This document shows, in pieces, positions 27,319 to 36,862 of a stretch of 64,000 bases of DNA. The notes beneath the pieces are model-generated. The model was not told where the DNA came from, made no database searches, and worked only from the letters and a program-made list of their open reading frames with translations. This DNA is from Myxococcota bacterium (GTDB lineage Bacteria > Myxococcota_A > UBA9042 > PHBI01 > JAWLBL01), in the NCBI GenBank assembly GCA_041687695.1, contig JAWLBL010000014.1:1-64000 (forward strand), written 5' to 3'. The stretch's first letter is position 1; the number at the start of each line of letters is the position of its first letter. A program made the position numbers and the translations under genes.

Positions 27319-29189
27319 TTGGCAAGCCCCTCGACGGCCTGGATGATGGCGTGGCCGACGCCGACCAGGCTCTCGCCCGCGATGAGGCCCGCGGCGAGGA
27401 CGATGAGGAAACGCGCGGTCCAGGCCTTGGCGAACTTGCCCGAGACGACGCCGGCGAAGGCGCCCAGGAACATGGACAGCGAGTAGTGGGCGGGCAGCAC
27501 GAAGGCCAGGCCGATGCTGGCGGGGCTGGGGATCCACTTGGCGGCGCGCTTGGGCACGGTCTTCTCGAGGATGGCGAGCAGGATGCCGGCGAGGCCGGCC
27601 CAGAGCGCGGCCCAGAGCGCGGTGGACGGGATGGAGTCGAGCCCCTTGGTGAAGGCCTCGGCGACGGCCTTCCACTGCAGGACGGCGGGGGCGGGCCACT
27701 CCTCGGTCAGGAGCTGCTTCTGCGGCTCGGGGATGAGCACGAGGTAGGCGGCCGAGCCGGCCAGGCCGCCGGCGAGCACGCCGAAGAACTGGGAGTAGGC
27801 CTGGTAGCGGGGCGAGGCGCCGATGAGGGCGCCGGTCTTCATGTCGTGCAGGAGGTCGGCGCACTGGCTGGCGGCGCCGCCGGTGACGTTGGCGGCCATG
27901 AGGTTGGCCGTGGCGTTGGCGGGGCTGATGAGGCCGAAGGCCAGCTGGGTGACCTTGCCCATGGGGCCGACCGGGGTGACGCCGGTCTCGCCAGAGACGC
28001 GGCCGGCGACGACGGCGAGGGCGAAGGTGAGCAGGATGCCGAAGGTGGCGATGGCCCAGCCGATCTCGAACAGGGCGACCTGCAGGACGACGGCGATGAC
28101 CAGCGCGACGAACAGGGCCGCGAGGAAGATCCGGCGCGGCACCTCGTGGGTGTCCGAGCCGACGGCGTCGGCGGCCTGGCCGGCGCGGCGGGTGATGGCG
28201 TTCCAGATGGAGCGCCAGGAGAAGGCGAGCGAGGTCAGCGAGGCCAGGACCATCATGGAGACGCCGGGCCACAGGAACCAGTCCTTGATCCAGACGCCGT
28301 ACCAGGCGGCCTCGGGATCGGGCTTGCCGGCCGGCAGGACGCCCTGGCTGGCGAGGTAGGGGCCGAGGACGATCCAGGCGAGGACGGCGCCGAACAGGAG
28401 CGAGGCGCCGGCGCGGATGCCGATGATGGCGCCCGACCCGACGAGCAGCAGGCTGGGGTCGAGCTTGAAGCCGAGGTTGGCCATGGTCAGCGAGCTGACG
28501 CCCTTTGCGGTGAGGACGCCGCCGACCGGGACCGAGCCGGGGATGGCCGCCATCGACCACTTGAAGACGATGCCCAGGACCTTGAGGGCGGCCGCGACGC
28601 CGGCGCCGAGCAGCAGCATCTTGACGCGGGCCATGGCCTCCTTGCCGCGGGCGTACATCTCGCGGACGGTCTCGGCGGTGGCGATGCCGCTGGGGAACGG
28701 GAGCTTGTCGACGACCAGCATCTGGCGGCGCAGGCCGATGGCGACGACGACGCCGACCAGGGAGACGGCCACGACCCAGAGGACGAGCGGCAGGTAGCCG
28801 AGCTCCTGCCCGGTCATCATGGTGAGGGCGGGGATTGGGGCGACCAGGCCGGCCGAGGAGATCGAGGCCGCCGAGGAGGCCGCGGTCTGGTTGATGTTGT
28901 TCTCGAGCAGCCCGAAGCGGCGCGCGCCGAAGAGCGACCCGGCGCCGTTCCAGAAGCCGTAGGCGAGCAGGGCCGCCGTGATCGACATGTTGAAGCCCCA
29001 GCCGATCTTCAGGCCGCTGTACACGTTGCACAGCGACAGCACGCCGCCGAGCAGCATGCCGGTGACGATGGCGCGGACCGTCAGCTGGGGCGCGGTGAGG
29101 TCGACCGGCGGGAAGACCGCCTCCTCGGGGCCGGCTTCGGCGGGGGCGACGGCGGGGGCGGCGTGGGCTTGGGCGGTGCTCTGAGCCAC
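27315..29189 (-). CDS. OPT family oligopeptide transporter
   Basis: QLTVRAIVTG, NVYSGLKIGW, LENNINQTAAS, LPFPSGIATAE, DMKTG, GLIAGESL; many TM segments. Confidence 0.93.
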   Translation of the reverse strand: MAQSTAQAHAAPAVAPAEAGPEEAVFPPVDLTAPQLTVRAIVTGMLLGGVLSLCNVYSGLKIGWGFNMSITAALLAYGFWNGAGSLFGARRFGLLENNINQTAASSAASISSAGLVAPIPALTMMTGQELGYLPLVLWVVAVSLVGVVVAIGLRRQMLVVDKLPFPSGIATAETVREMYARGKEAMARVKMLLLGAGVAAALKVLGIVFKWSMAAIPGSVPVGGVLTAKGVSSLTMANLGFKLDPSLLLVGSGAIIGIRAGASLLFGAVLAWIVLGPYLASQGVLPAGKPDPEAAWYGVWIKDWFLWPGVSMMVLASLTSLAFSWRSIWNAITRRAGQAADAVGSDTHEVPRRIFLAALFVALVIAVVLQVALFEIGWAIATFGILLTFALAVVAGRVSGETGVTPVGPMGKVTQLAFGLISPANATANLMAANVTGGAASQCADLLHDMKTGALIGASPRYQAYSQFFGVLAGGLAGSAAYLVLIPEPQKQLLTEEWPAPAVLQWKAVAEAFTKGLDSIPSTALWAALWAGLAGILLAILEKTVPKRAAKWIPSPASIGLAFVLPAHYSLSMFLGAFAGVVSGKFAKAWTARFLIVLAAGLIAGESLVGVGHAIIQAVEGLAK

Positions 29190-29330
29190 GGGGCTCCTCC
29201 AGGCGAGAGGCCGCGGCCTCCCTGGAGGAGGGCGCGCCCGGTGAAGGGCGCGTCCATAACACCGTCCCGAGGGCCCGGAAAGCCCCGGACAGGGGGAAAT
29301 CGCCCGTCCGGGGCCGCGCCGGGCGCCGGA

Positions 29331-29885
29331 TCAGACGACCTGCGGGCCGACGCCCAGCAGCCAGCGCGAGACCAGGGCGATGCCCAGGTAGACGAGCCAG
29401 CCGATGAAGGCGGTGAGCAGGGCGCGGCCGGTGCCGAAGTCGAGCGCCTGGCGGATCGCGACGACGCCGGCGACGAGGATCCAGATGCTGGCGGCCAGGA
29501 TGGCGATGGCGCCGAGCACCGGGATGACGCCGACGATGAAGAGCACGCCCGGGATCTGCGCGAAGCCCAGGGTCCGCAGCAGCTCGCCCCAGGTGGCGCG
29601 GCCGCCGAGCAGCTTGTCGCCGATGAACCAGGTCACGGCCGACCAGAGCAGCCACCCCAGGAAGGCCGCGATGAGCCCGGTGATGATGCCGCCCGCGCCG
29701 GCGCGGGCGCCACCGATGGCGGCGCAGACGGCGACCAGGGCGACGACCAGGGCGGCCTGGGTCGTCGCGGAGCGGTCGTGCTCGACGGCCTCGTAGGCGC
29801 CAGAGCGGAGCAGGGCCGCGCCCTTGAGGCGCTGGCCGAAGCTGTGGAAACCTCCGGTGGACAGGGTCTGTCGTCCGTGTGCCAT
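29331..29885 (-). CDS. Yip1 family membrane protein
   Basis: YEAVEHDRSATTQAALVV, ELLRTLGFAQIPG, AIRQALDFGTGRA; GGAGG RBS. Confidence 0.82.
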   Translation of the reverse strand: MAHGRQTLSTGGFHSFGQRLKGAALLRSGAYEAVEHDRSATTQAALVVALVAVCAAIGGARAGAGGIITGLIAAFLGWLLWSAVTWFIGDKLLGGRATWGELLRTLGFAQIPGVLFIVGVIPVLGAIAILAASIWILVAGVVAIRQALDFGTGRALLTAFIGWLVYLGIALVSRWLLGVGPQVV

Positions 29886-30032
29886 AGGGTCATCCTCCGT
29901 CGTGTTCTGGCCTCGGGGGACGTGATCAAGGTAGGAACGCCGAGCGCCGCGCGCGTGGCTAGCGCGCTTGACGCTTGTCGAGCCCGGTTCGCCGGGCCTA
30001 TGGTGGAAACGATCCGTGAAGAGGTGCCTGAC

Positions 30033-30983
30033 GTGACCGCCGAGCTTGGAACCCTGACCAGCGCGCTGTACGAGTTCATGCTCGCCAGCGAGGCCGTCGC
30101 CAGCGTTCGGATGCCCGACAGCCCGGTCGAGGCGCTGTGCCAGCGCGCCGCCGCCCTCGCCACGCGCTGTCACGCCGCCTGCGCCGCCGCCCCCGAGCGC
30201 GCCGCCGCCACCCTGAGCGAGGCCTCGCGCAACCTGCGCGCCCTCGCCGCCGAGCTGGCCTCGCACCGCCCGCAGCCCGAGCAGGTCCGCGCCCTGTGGG
30301 ACGCGCTGGGCGCCAACTACGAGGCCCTGTTCGCCTACGTCCGCGATCGCCGCGTCCCGATCGCGCCCGCGGCCGCCGGCCACCTCAAGCCGCGCAACTA
30401 CGCCCGCAACGTCTTCCACGTCTTCTGCGGCATGTTCGGCGTCTTCCTCTACGAGGTGCTGCAGGCGCGCGGGCCGATGATCGCGGTCGGCAGCACGCTC
30501 CTCGCCGCCTTCGTCGCGCTCGACCTCGGCCGCCGCTACTCCAGGGCGTTCAACGATCGCCTCATCGGCACCGTGTTCGCCCGCATCGTGCGCCCGCACG
30601 AGGCCCACCAGATCCCGTCGGCGACCTGGTACCTGGCGGCCCTGGTCGTCGGCGTCACGTTCATGCCCAAGGAGGCCATCCAGGTCGGCGCCATCGTCCT
30701 CGCGCTGGGCGACCCGGCCGCCTCCCTCGCCGGCAAGCGCTGGGGCCGCATCAAGCTCTGGCGCCAGAAGAGCCTCACCGGCAGCCTCGCCTTCACCGCC
30801 ACCGCCGCCCTCGCCACCTTCGGCTTCCTGACGGCCTTCACCTCGCTCGCGCCCCCGACCGTGCTCGCCATCTCGGGCGCCTCGGCCGTCGTCGGCGCCG
30901 TCACCGAGCTGTTCAGCCACCGCGTCGACGACAACTTCACCATCCCGCTCGCCGCCGGCCTTACCGCGATGCTGCTCCTCTGA
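30033..30983 (+). CDS. Diacylglycerol/polyprenol (phytol/dolichol) kinase family membrane protein with N-terminal helical extension
   Basis: ARNVFH, RPHE, LGDPAASLAGKRWG, KSLTGSLAF, VDDNFTIPL; start GTG 30033 or ATG 30000. Confidence 0.85.
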   Translation: MTAELGTLTSALYEFMLASEAVASVRMPDSPVEALCQRAAALATRCHAACAAAPERAAATLSEASRNLRALAAELASHRPQPEQVRALWDALGANYEALFAYVRDRRVPIAPAAAGHLKPRNYARNVFHVFCGMFGVFLYEVLQARGPMIAVGSTLLAAFVALDLGRRYSRAFNDRLIGTVFARIVRPHEAHQIPSATWYLAALVVGVTFMPKEAIQVGAIVLALGDPAASLAGKRWGRIKLWRQKSLTGSLAFTATAALATFGFLTAFTSLAPPTVLAISGASAVVGAVTELFSHRVDDNFTIPLAAGLTAMLLL

Positions 30984-31127
30984 GCCGAACCCTCGGGGCT
31001 CGACGTTCGACATCAGCCCCCGCTCGGCCGATCCTGGAGTCCCCGGACACCCCGCCCTCATGCCCGGCTTGCACGCGCCAACGGCAGGGGCTAGCGTCCC
31101 GCGACTCCAACCTCACGGAGGGCTCTC

Positions 31128-31628
31128 GTGCCCCAATCCAGCCAGTCCGTCGTCGGCGACGAGAAGGTCGTCAGCATCCATTACGTGCTCACCAACGGCG
31201 CGGGCGAAGTGCTCGACCGCTCCGACGACGAGCCGCTCGCCTACCTGCACGGCGCCGACAACATCATCCCCGGCCTCGAGCAGGCGCTCACCGGCAAGGC
31301 GGCGGGCGACAAGCTCAACGTGACCATCCCGCCGGCCGAGGCCTACGGCGAGCGCGTCGGCCCGGGCCCGCAGGCGATCTCGCGCACCGCCTTCCCGCCC
31401 GAGATGCCGCTGCAGCCGGGCATGCAGTTCGAGACCGAGACCGAGGAGGGCGAGTCCATCCCGATCTGGGTCACCGACGTCGACGACAACGTGGTCTACG
31501 TCGACGTGGACCACCCGCTGGCCGGCGAGACGCTGCACTTCGACGTGACCGTGGTCGAGGTCCGCGACGCCAGCCGCGAGGAGGTCGCCCACGGCCACCC
31601 CCACGGGCCCGGCGGCCACCACCACTGA
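31128..31628 (+). CDS. slyD: FKBP-type peptidyl-prolyl isomerase SlyD
   Basis: VVSIHYVL, YLHGADNIIPGLE, PAEAYGE, HPLAGETLHFDV, His-rich tail. Confidence 0.95.
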   Translation: MPQSSQSVVGDEKVVSIHYVLTNGAGEVLDRSDDEPLAYLHGADNIIPGLEQALTGKAAGDKLNVTIPPAEAYGERVGPGPQAISRTAFPPEMPLQPGMQFETETEEGESIPIWVTDVDDNVVYVDVDHPLAGETLHFDVTVVEVRDASREEVAHGHPHGPGGHHH

Positions 31629-31714
31629 TCGGCCCCCCGCTCCCGGCCGCGGCGGCGACGGAATAGGCGGCCCCGAGCCCCGGTTCACAGGCCGCCACCT
31701 CCCTTCGCCGCAAC

Positions 31715-34700
31715 GTGCCCGGGGCGCCGCCTGTGGACTCGAGACAGCTCCAGGAACGCTTGACCGAGCTCGACCCCGGGGCCGTCCTGGTCCCGGGGTG
31801 GATGCTGCGCCGGACAGTCAAGGCGCTGCACCCCGAGACGCGCCTCGAGCTGCGCGTGCCCCACGCCGAGATCCTGGCGACCTCGGCGACCGCCCTCGCC
31901 CAGGCCGACGCCCTCGACGACCTCACCCGGGTCGTCGGCGCCCGCGCGCTGCCCGAGCGCCTCGTCCTCATCGCCCGCCCCGACGCCGCCCTCGCGCGTG
32001 ACTCCGCAGGCGGCCGCGACGCGGCGTTGCTCTACGTGTGGCGGCAGCTGTTCCACGGCCACGTCGACGCCGCGCTCGAGCAGGCCCCCGCCCTGCCCCC
32101 GGCCGAGCTCCGGCGCCGCATCGACGCCATCGGCCAGACCGCCTTCGACGAGGTGCGCGCCGTGCTGCGCGAGGAGGGCCGCCTCGTGCCACCGCGCGAC
32201 GACGCCCACGTCCTGCGCGAGCTGACCGCCCTGTGGCTCGAGCTCCGCCTGTTCGCGCCCGCCCAGCTGGCCGCCACCCTGCCCTCGCTGGCCGCGCCCG
32301 CCCACGTCGCGCGGGTCTCGGCCCTGCTCGAGGCCGACCTGGACGCGGCGGCCCTGTTCGCCCGGACGCGCCCGAGTGGCGCCCCCGACCCGATCACTCC
32401 GGCGCCGGCCGCCCCGCCCCTCGCCCCTCCCCCGACGACCCGGCCCGGCCCCGGGGCGTTTCGGCTGGCCGAGCGCCTCTCGGCGGCCCTGGACGAGGCC
32501 GACCCCCGGCCCTGGGCCGACGCGCTGGCGCCGCTGACCGTGGCCCCGGACCACGCCGCCCAGCGCGTCCTGGTCCACCTCGAGCGCGTCGCCGCCGACC
32601 ACGAGCGCCCCGTCGAGGCCCTCGACCCCTGGGCCTGGCTGCTCTCCTTCGGCCGCAAGCCGCTGCGGCGCGGCCTGCCCGCCCAGCGCGAGCTCCGCCT
32701 GGCCCGTCAGCTCCGCGGCGCCACCTCGCGCGCTCAGCGCCTGGCCGCCTCCCGACCCGAGCTGGCTCCGCTGGCGACGCGCCTGGCCCACGCCACCGAG
32801 CGCGCCGAGGCCCTGACGCGACAGCGGCTGTGCCCGGCCATCACGGCGGCCCTCGACGAGGTCGGCCTGCGGCCCCGCGACGTGCCCGAGGAGGTCGCGC
32901 GCGCCAAGCTGGTCGCCGAGCTGGTCGACCGCGCGCTGGCCCGCGGCTTCTTCACGATGGGCGACCTCCGCGACGGCCTCGCCCGCGGCCACCTGAAGCT
33001 GCCCGACATCGAGCAGGCCGAGCAGCTCGTCGGAGCCGACGCCCTCATCGCGGCCGATCGCGCGCTCGCCCGCGCCCTCGACGGCGTCTACCACCGCGGC
33101 GAGGTCTACCTGCGAGGCCTGCAGCGCGCCAGCTCCCTGGGCTTCGGCACCGCCGTCGGCCGCTGGCTCGTGCGCTTCGTCGCCCTGCCCTTCGGCGGCG
33201 CGGCCCTTGCGCTGTCGGGCCTGGACCACATGGTCGGGCCGGTCGTCGGGTTCCTGGGCGGGACGCCGCCGGCCCTGGCCACGCCCCTGGCCATCCTGCT
33301 CGTCGGCCTCGTCGCGCTGGGCGCCATCCACGTCCCGAGCTTCCGCGACGCCCTCGTCCGGGGGGCGCGCGCGACGTGGCGTGGCCTGCGCGCCGTCGCC
33401 TGGGATCTCCCGCGGCGCGTGTTCCTGTGGCCGGCGGTCCAGCGGGTCCTCCGCAGCCCGCCCGCGCGCTTCGCGTGGCGATACGCGGCCAAGCCCTGCC
33501 TGTGGGCCGCCCTCGTCACGGCCCCCCTCAGCCTGGCGGAGCTCGACGGCGTCACGCGCCTGGTCGTGGCCGCGTCCACCTGGGCGGCGGCCACGCTGCT
33601 GTTCAACACGCCGCTCGGGCGCGCGGCCGAGCTCGCGGCCGTCGATGGCCTGACGCGCCTGTGGCTCGGGCTGCGTCATCGGCTGCTCCCGGGCCTCGTC
33701 CGCCTGATCCTCGACGGGTTCAAGGCGCTCAGCGAGTCCGTCGAGCGCGGCCTACACGCCGTCGAGGCCTGGCTGCGCCTCGCGCGGGGCGAGCGTCGCG
33801 CCGTCCTCGTCGCCAAGGCGGTCCTGGCCGCGCTCTGGGCCGTCGTCGCCTGGCTGGCGCGGCTGTACGTCAACCTGCTCATCGAGCCGCAGGTCAACCC
33901 CATCAAGCACTTCCCGGTGGTGACGGTCGCCCACAAGCTGATGCTGCCCTTCACGCCGCAGCTGACGGCCCTGTTCGCCGCGCCCCTCGAGCCCCTGGGC
34001 GCGGTCATCGCCAACACCATCGCGGGCGCCACCGTCTTCCTGCTGCCCGGCGTCTTCGGCTTCCTCGCCTGGGAGCTGATGGCCAACTGGCGCCTGTACG
34101 AGGGCAACCGCCCGCGCGCCCTCCGCCCGACCCCGATGGGCTCGCACGGCGAGACGCTCGCGCGGCTGCTCCGCCCCGGCGTCCACTCGGGCACGGTCCC
34201 CAAGCTCTTCGCCCGCCTGCGGCGCGCCCAGCAGCAGGGCCACGCCAAGCGCGTCGCGCAGGTCCAGGCGCAGCTCCACCACGTCGAGGACGCCACGCGC
34301 GCCTTCGTCGCCCGCGAGCTGGTCGCCGTGCTGGCGGCCTCGGGGCGCTGGTCGGGCGCGCTGCCCGCCGCGGGCGCCGTGCATCTGGCCTCCAACCGCC
34401 TGTGCGTGGCGCTGGACGCCCCCGACGTGGGCCCCCGTCCCGTGATCCTGGCCTTCGAGGAGCAGTCCGGCTGGCTCGTCGCCGGCCTCGCGGACGCCGG
34501 CTGGCTCGACGCCCTCGACCCCGCGCGCCGCGCCGCCTTCGCCGCCGCCCTCGCCGGCCTGTACCGCCTGGCCGGCGTCGATCTCGCGCGCGAGGAGATC
34601 GCCGTCCTGCTGCCGGACGGCGCCGCCTGGGACGTCGCCGACGCGGGCCTGCTCGTGTGGCCCGACGGCACCTGGGGCACCGAGGCCGTCTACGACCTGA

Positions 34701-34906
34701 CGCCCCCCGGCCCACGTCCCCCGGCCATCTCCGGCGACGACCCGACCCCACCCCTGCCGCCCCTCGACCCGACCGCGGCGCGCCTCGATCTCCGGCCGCT
34801 GCCCTGGCGCGACTGGGTCGCCGCCTGGCGCCCCGACGGACGTCTGCCGGACGCCGAGGCCCTCCTGCCGCCCCGCGCGCGCCCCGCCCGCCCCCGCGCC
34901 GCGTGA
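31715..34906 (+). CDS. Large hypothetical membrane protein
   Basis: 1063-aa ORF with host-like codon bias, several TM stretches, motif LLIEPQVNPIKHFPVVTVAHKL. Confidence 0.7.
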   Translation: MPGAPPVDSRQLQERLTELDPGAVLVPGWMLRRTVKALHPETRLELRVPHAEILATSATALAQADALDDLTRVVGARALPERLVLIARPDAALARDSAGGRDAALLYVWRQLFHGHVDAALEQAPALPPAELRRRIDAIGQTAFDEVRAVLREEGRLVPPRDDAHVLRELTALWLELRLFAPAQLAATLPSLAAPAHVARVSALLEADLDAAALFARTRPSGAPDPITPAPAAPPLAPPPTTRPGPGAFRLAERLSAALDEADPRPWADALAPLTVAPDHAAQRVLVHLERVAADHERPVEALDPWAWLLSFGRKPLRRGLPAQRELRLARQLRGATSRAQRLAASRPELAPLATRLAHATERAEALTRQRLCPAITAALDEVGLRPRDVPEEVARAKLVAELVDRALARGFFTMGDLRDGLARGHLKLPDIEQAEQLVGADALIAADRALARALDGVYHRGEVYLRGLQRASSLGFGTAVGRWLVRFVALPFGGAALALSGLDHMVGPVVGFLGGTPPALATPLAILLVGLVALGAIHVPSFRDALVRGARATWRGLRAVAWDLPRRVFLWPAVQRVLRSPPARFAWRYAAKPCLWAALVTAPLSLAELDGVTRLVVAASTWAAATLLFNTPLGRAAELAAVDGLTRLWLGLRHRLLPGLVRLILDGFKALSESVERGLHAVEAWLRLARGERRAVLVAKAVLAALWAVVAWLARLYVNLLIEPQVNPIKHFPVVTVAHKLMLPFTPQLTALFAAPLEPLGAVIANTIAGATVFLLPGVFGFLAWELMANWRLYEGNRPRALRPTPMGSHGETLARLLRPGVHSGTVPKLFARLRRAQQQGHAKRVAQVQAQLHHVEDATRAFVARELVAVLAASGRWSGALPAAGAVHLASNRLCVALDAPDVGPRPVILAFEEQSGWLVAGLADAGWLDALDPARRAAFAAALAGLYRLAGVDLAREEIAVLLPDGAAWDVADAGLLVWPDGTWGTEAVYDLTPPGPRPPAISGDDPTPPLPPLDPTAARLDLRPLPWRDWVAAWRPDGRLPDAEALLPPRARPARPRAA

Positions 34907-34993
34907 GCCTCGATTTCAGCGCCGTCTTCAGCCGTCTGGTCGCGGCCGCCCGCCTCCGCTAGGCTGCTCCCAACACCGACACGGGGGCACGGC

Positions 34994-36862
34994 ATGAACA
35001 GGGGACTCGCGCCGGCTTTGGCGCTCTTGCTCGCCGCGACGACGGCGCACGGCGCCGAGCAGGTCTGGAAGTACGACCAGTTCCACGAGGATCTCGGCAC
35101 CGCGGCGTCGCAGATCCAGGGCACGCCGCTCGCGACCCAGCCGGGCTGGGTCAAGGGCGAGGCGCTCGGGCAGCTCTACCGGCCCACCGCGTGGCCGGTG
35201 AAGATCACGGGCGCCCAGATGTTCCTGGCCGCGCCGCCCAACGCGCCGAACCTGACCACCCACGCCTGGCTCGAGTTCTACTTCTCCGACAGCGACGGGC
35301 CGGACCCCGGCAAGGCGACGCCCGACTGGAAGATCCACACCTCCGAGCTGCTCAACCCGGCGACGCTGAACTTCGGGCTCGAGCTCAAGGGCAACACCGC
35401 CCTCGAGGTGACCTTCGACTGGGACGACGCCGAGGGGCACCCGCCGATGGTCACCGAGGGCAACATCTGGTTCGTCATCCGCTTCGACCAGCCCTCGCAG
35501 GATCTGTCCGAGGAGTGGGGGACCTTCCAGTGCTCGACGCTCGGGGGCCTCGCCTGCGGATGCCAGAAGGTCGGCAGCATGCACGACCAGAGCTCGACCC
35601 TGAAGGCGAACGTGATGCACTACATCTCGCCGGCGGGCAGCTGCAGCGGGACGGCCAACAAGTGGTCGTTCATGGAGTCGGTCGGCGTCACGGGGGACCT
35701 CATCCTGCGCCTCGTGGTCGACGCGCCCGAGACGTGCACGCCCGCCTGCGGCGACAAGGCGTGCGGCGACGACGGCTGCGGCGGCAGCTGCGGGACGTGC
35801 GGCGCCGGGCAGACCTGCAGCGCCGGGGCCTGCGTCGCGACGTGCGCGCCCAGCTGCGACGGCATGGCCTGCGGCGACGACGGGTGCGGCGGCAGCTGCG
35901 GGACGTGCAGCGCCGGGCAGACCTGCAGCGCCGGGGCTTGCGTCGCGACGTGCGCGCCCAGCTGCGACGGCAAGACGTGCGGTCCGGACGGCTGCGGGGG
36001 CAGCTGCGGCGCGTGCGGGGCCGGGCAGGTCTGCAACGCCGGACAGTGCGAGGACGAGGTCGTCTGCGAGCCCGACTGCGACGGCAAGGAGTGCGGCGAC
36101 GACGGGTGCGGCGGCTCGTGCGGGACCTGCGGCGAGGGCCAGACGTGCGCGGCCGGGATGTGCGACGACGTCACGACGTGCACCCCGGACTGCGTGGGGC
36201 TGGTGTGCGGCGACGACGGGTGCGGCGGGTCGTGCGGGAGCTGCCCGGCCGGCCAGGTGTGCAGCGCGGGCGCGTGCGCCAGCGACTGCGAGCCCAGCTG
36301 CGAAGGGGTCGAGTGCGGCAGCGACGGCTGCGGCGGGTCGTGCGGGACCTGCGGCGCGGGCGAGGCCTGCGACGCGGGCGCCTGCGCGCCCGTGGGGGTC
36401 TCGCCGGCGCCGGTGCAGATCGACGCGGTGTCCCCCGACTTCGCCTTCGCCGACCGCGAGACGCCCATCACCATCACCGGCAAGGGCTTCCAGGCGGGGC
36501 TGACCGCCAAGATCGGCGCGACGACGCTGGGCTCGGTCCGGGTCACCGGCTCGACCCTCGTCGAGGCGACCGTCCCCAAGGGCATGGAGCCGGGCGAGTA
36601 CATGGTGCTGGTCATCAACCCGGACGACTCGTCGGCCTTCGTCGACAAGGGCTTCGAGATCCGGGCGGGCAGCTGCGGCGACGGCGCCTGCGCGGCCGGC
36701 GAGACCTGCGCGAGCTGCCCGGTGGACTGCGGCCTGTGTGACGCGGGCGGCGGCGGCTCGGCCAGCGACGGCTGCGCGGGCGCGAACCCCGGCTTCGTGT
36801 GGCTGTGGCTGCTCATCCCCTTCGGCGCGTCCCTGGCCGCGCGGCGTCGCCGGGACGCTTGA
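34994..36862 (+). CDS. Secreted Cys-rich repeat protein with IPT/TIG domain and C-terminal sorting-like tail
   Basis: Signal peptide; six CxPxCxGxxCGxDGCGGSCGxC repeats; IDAVSP...ITITGKGF...VLVINPD; DGC + hydrophobic + RRRR tail. Confidence 0.85.
   Translation: MNRGLAPALALLLAATTAHGAEQVWKYDQFHEDLGTAASQIQGTPLATQPGWVKGEALGQLYRPTAWPVKITGAQMFLAAPPNAPNLTTHAWLEFYFSDSDGPDPGKATPDWKIHTSELLNPATLNFGLELKGNTALEVTFDWDDAEGHPPMVTEGNIWFVIRFDQPSQDLSEEWGTFQCSTLGGLACGCQKVGSMHDQSSTLKANVMHYISPAGSCSGTANKWSFMESVGVTGDLILRLVVDAPETCTPACGDKACGDDGCGGSCGTCGAGQTCSAGACVATCAPSCDGMACGDDGCGGSCGTCSAGQTCSAGACVATCAPSCDGKTCGPDGCGGSCGACGAGQVCNAGQCEDEVVCEPDCDGKECGDDGCGGSCGTCGEGQTCAAGMCDDVTTCTPDCVGLVCGDDGCGGSCGSCPAGQVCSAGACASDCEPSCEGVECGSDGCGGSCGTCGAGEACDAGACAPVGVSPAPVQIDAVSPDFAFADRETPITITGKGFQAGLTAKIGATTLGSVRVTGSTLVEATVPKGMEPGEYMVLVINPDDSSAFVDKGFEIRAGSCGDGACAAGETCASCPVDCGLCDAGGGGSASDGCAGANPGFVWLWLLIPFGASLAARRRRDA
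35734..36390 (+). repeat. Intragenic ~108-bp tandem Cys-rich repeat, 6 units
   Basis: Units 1 and 2 are nearly identical at DNA level. Confidence 0.85.
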
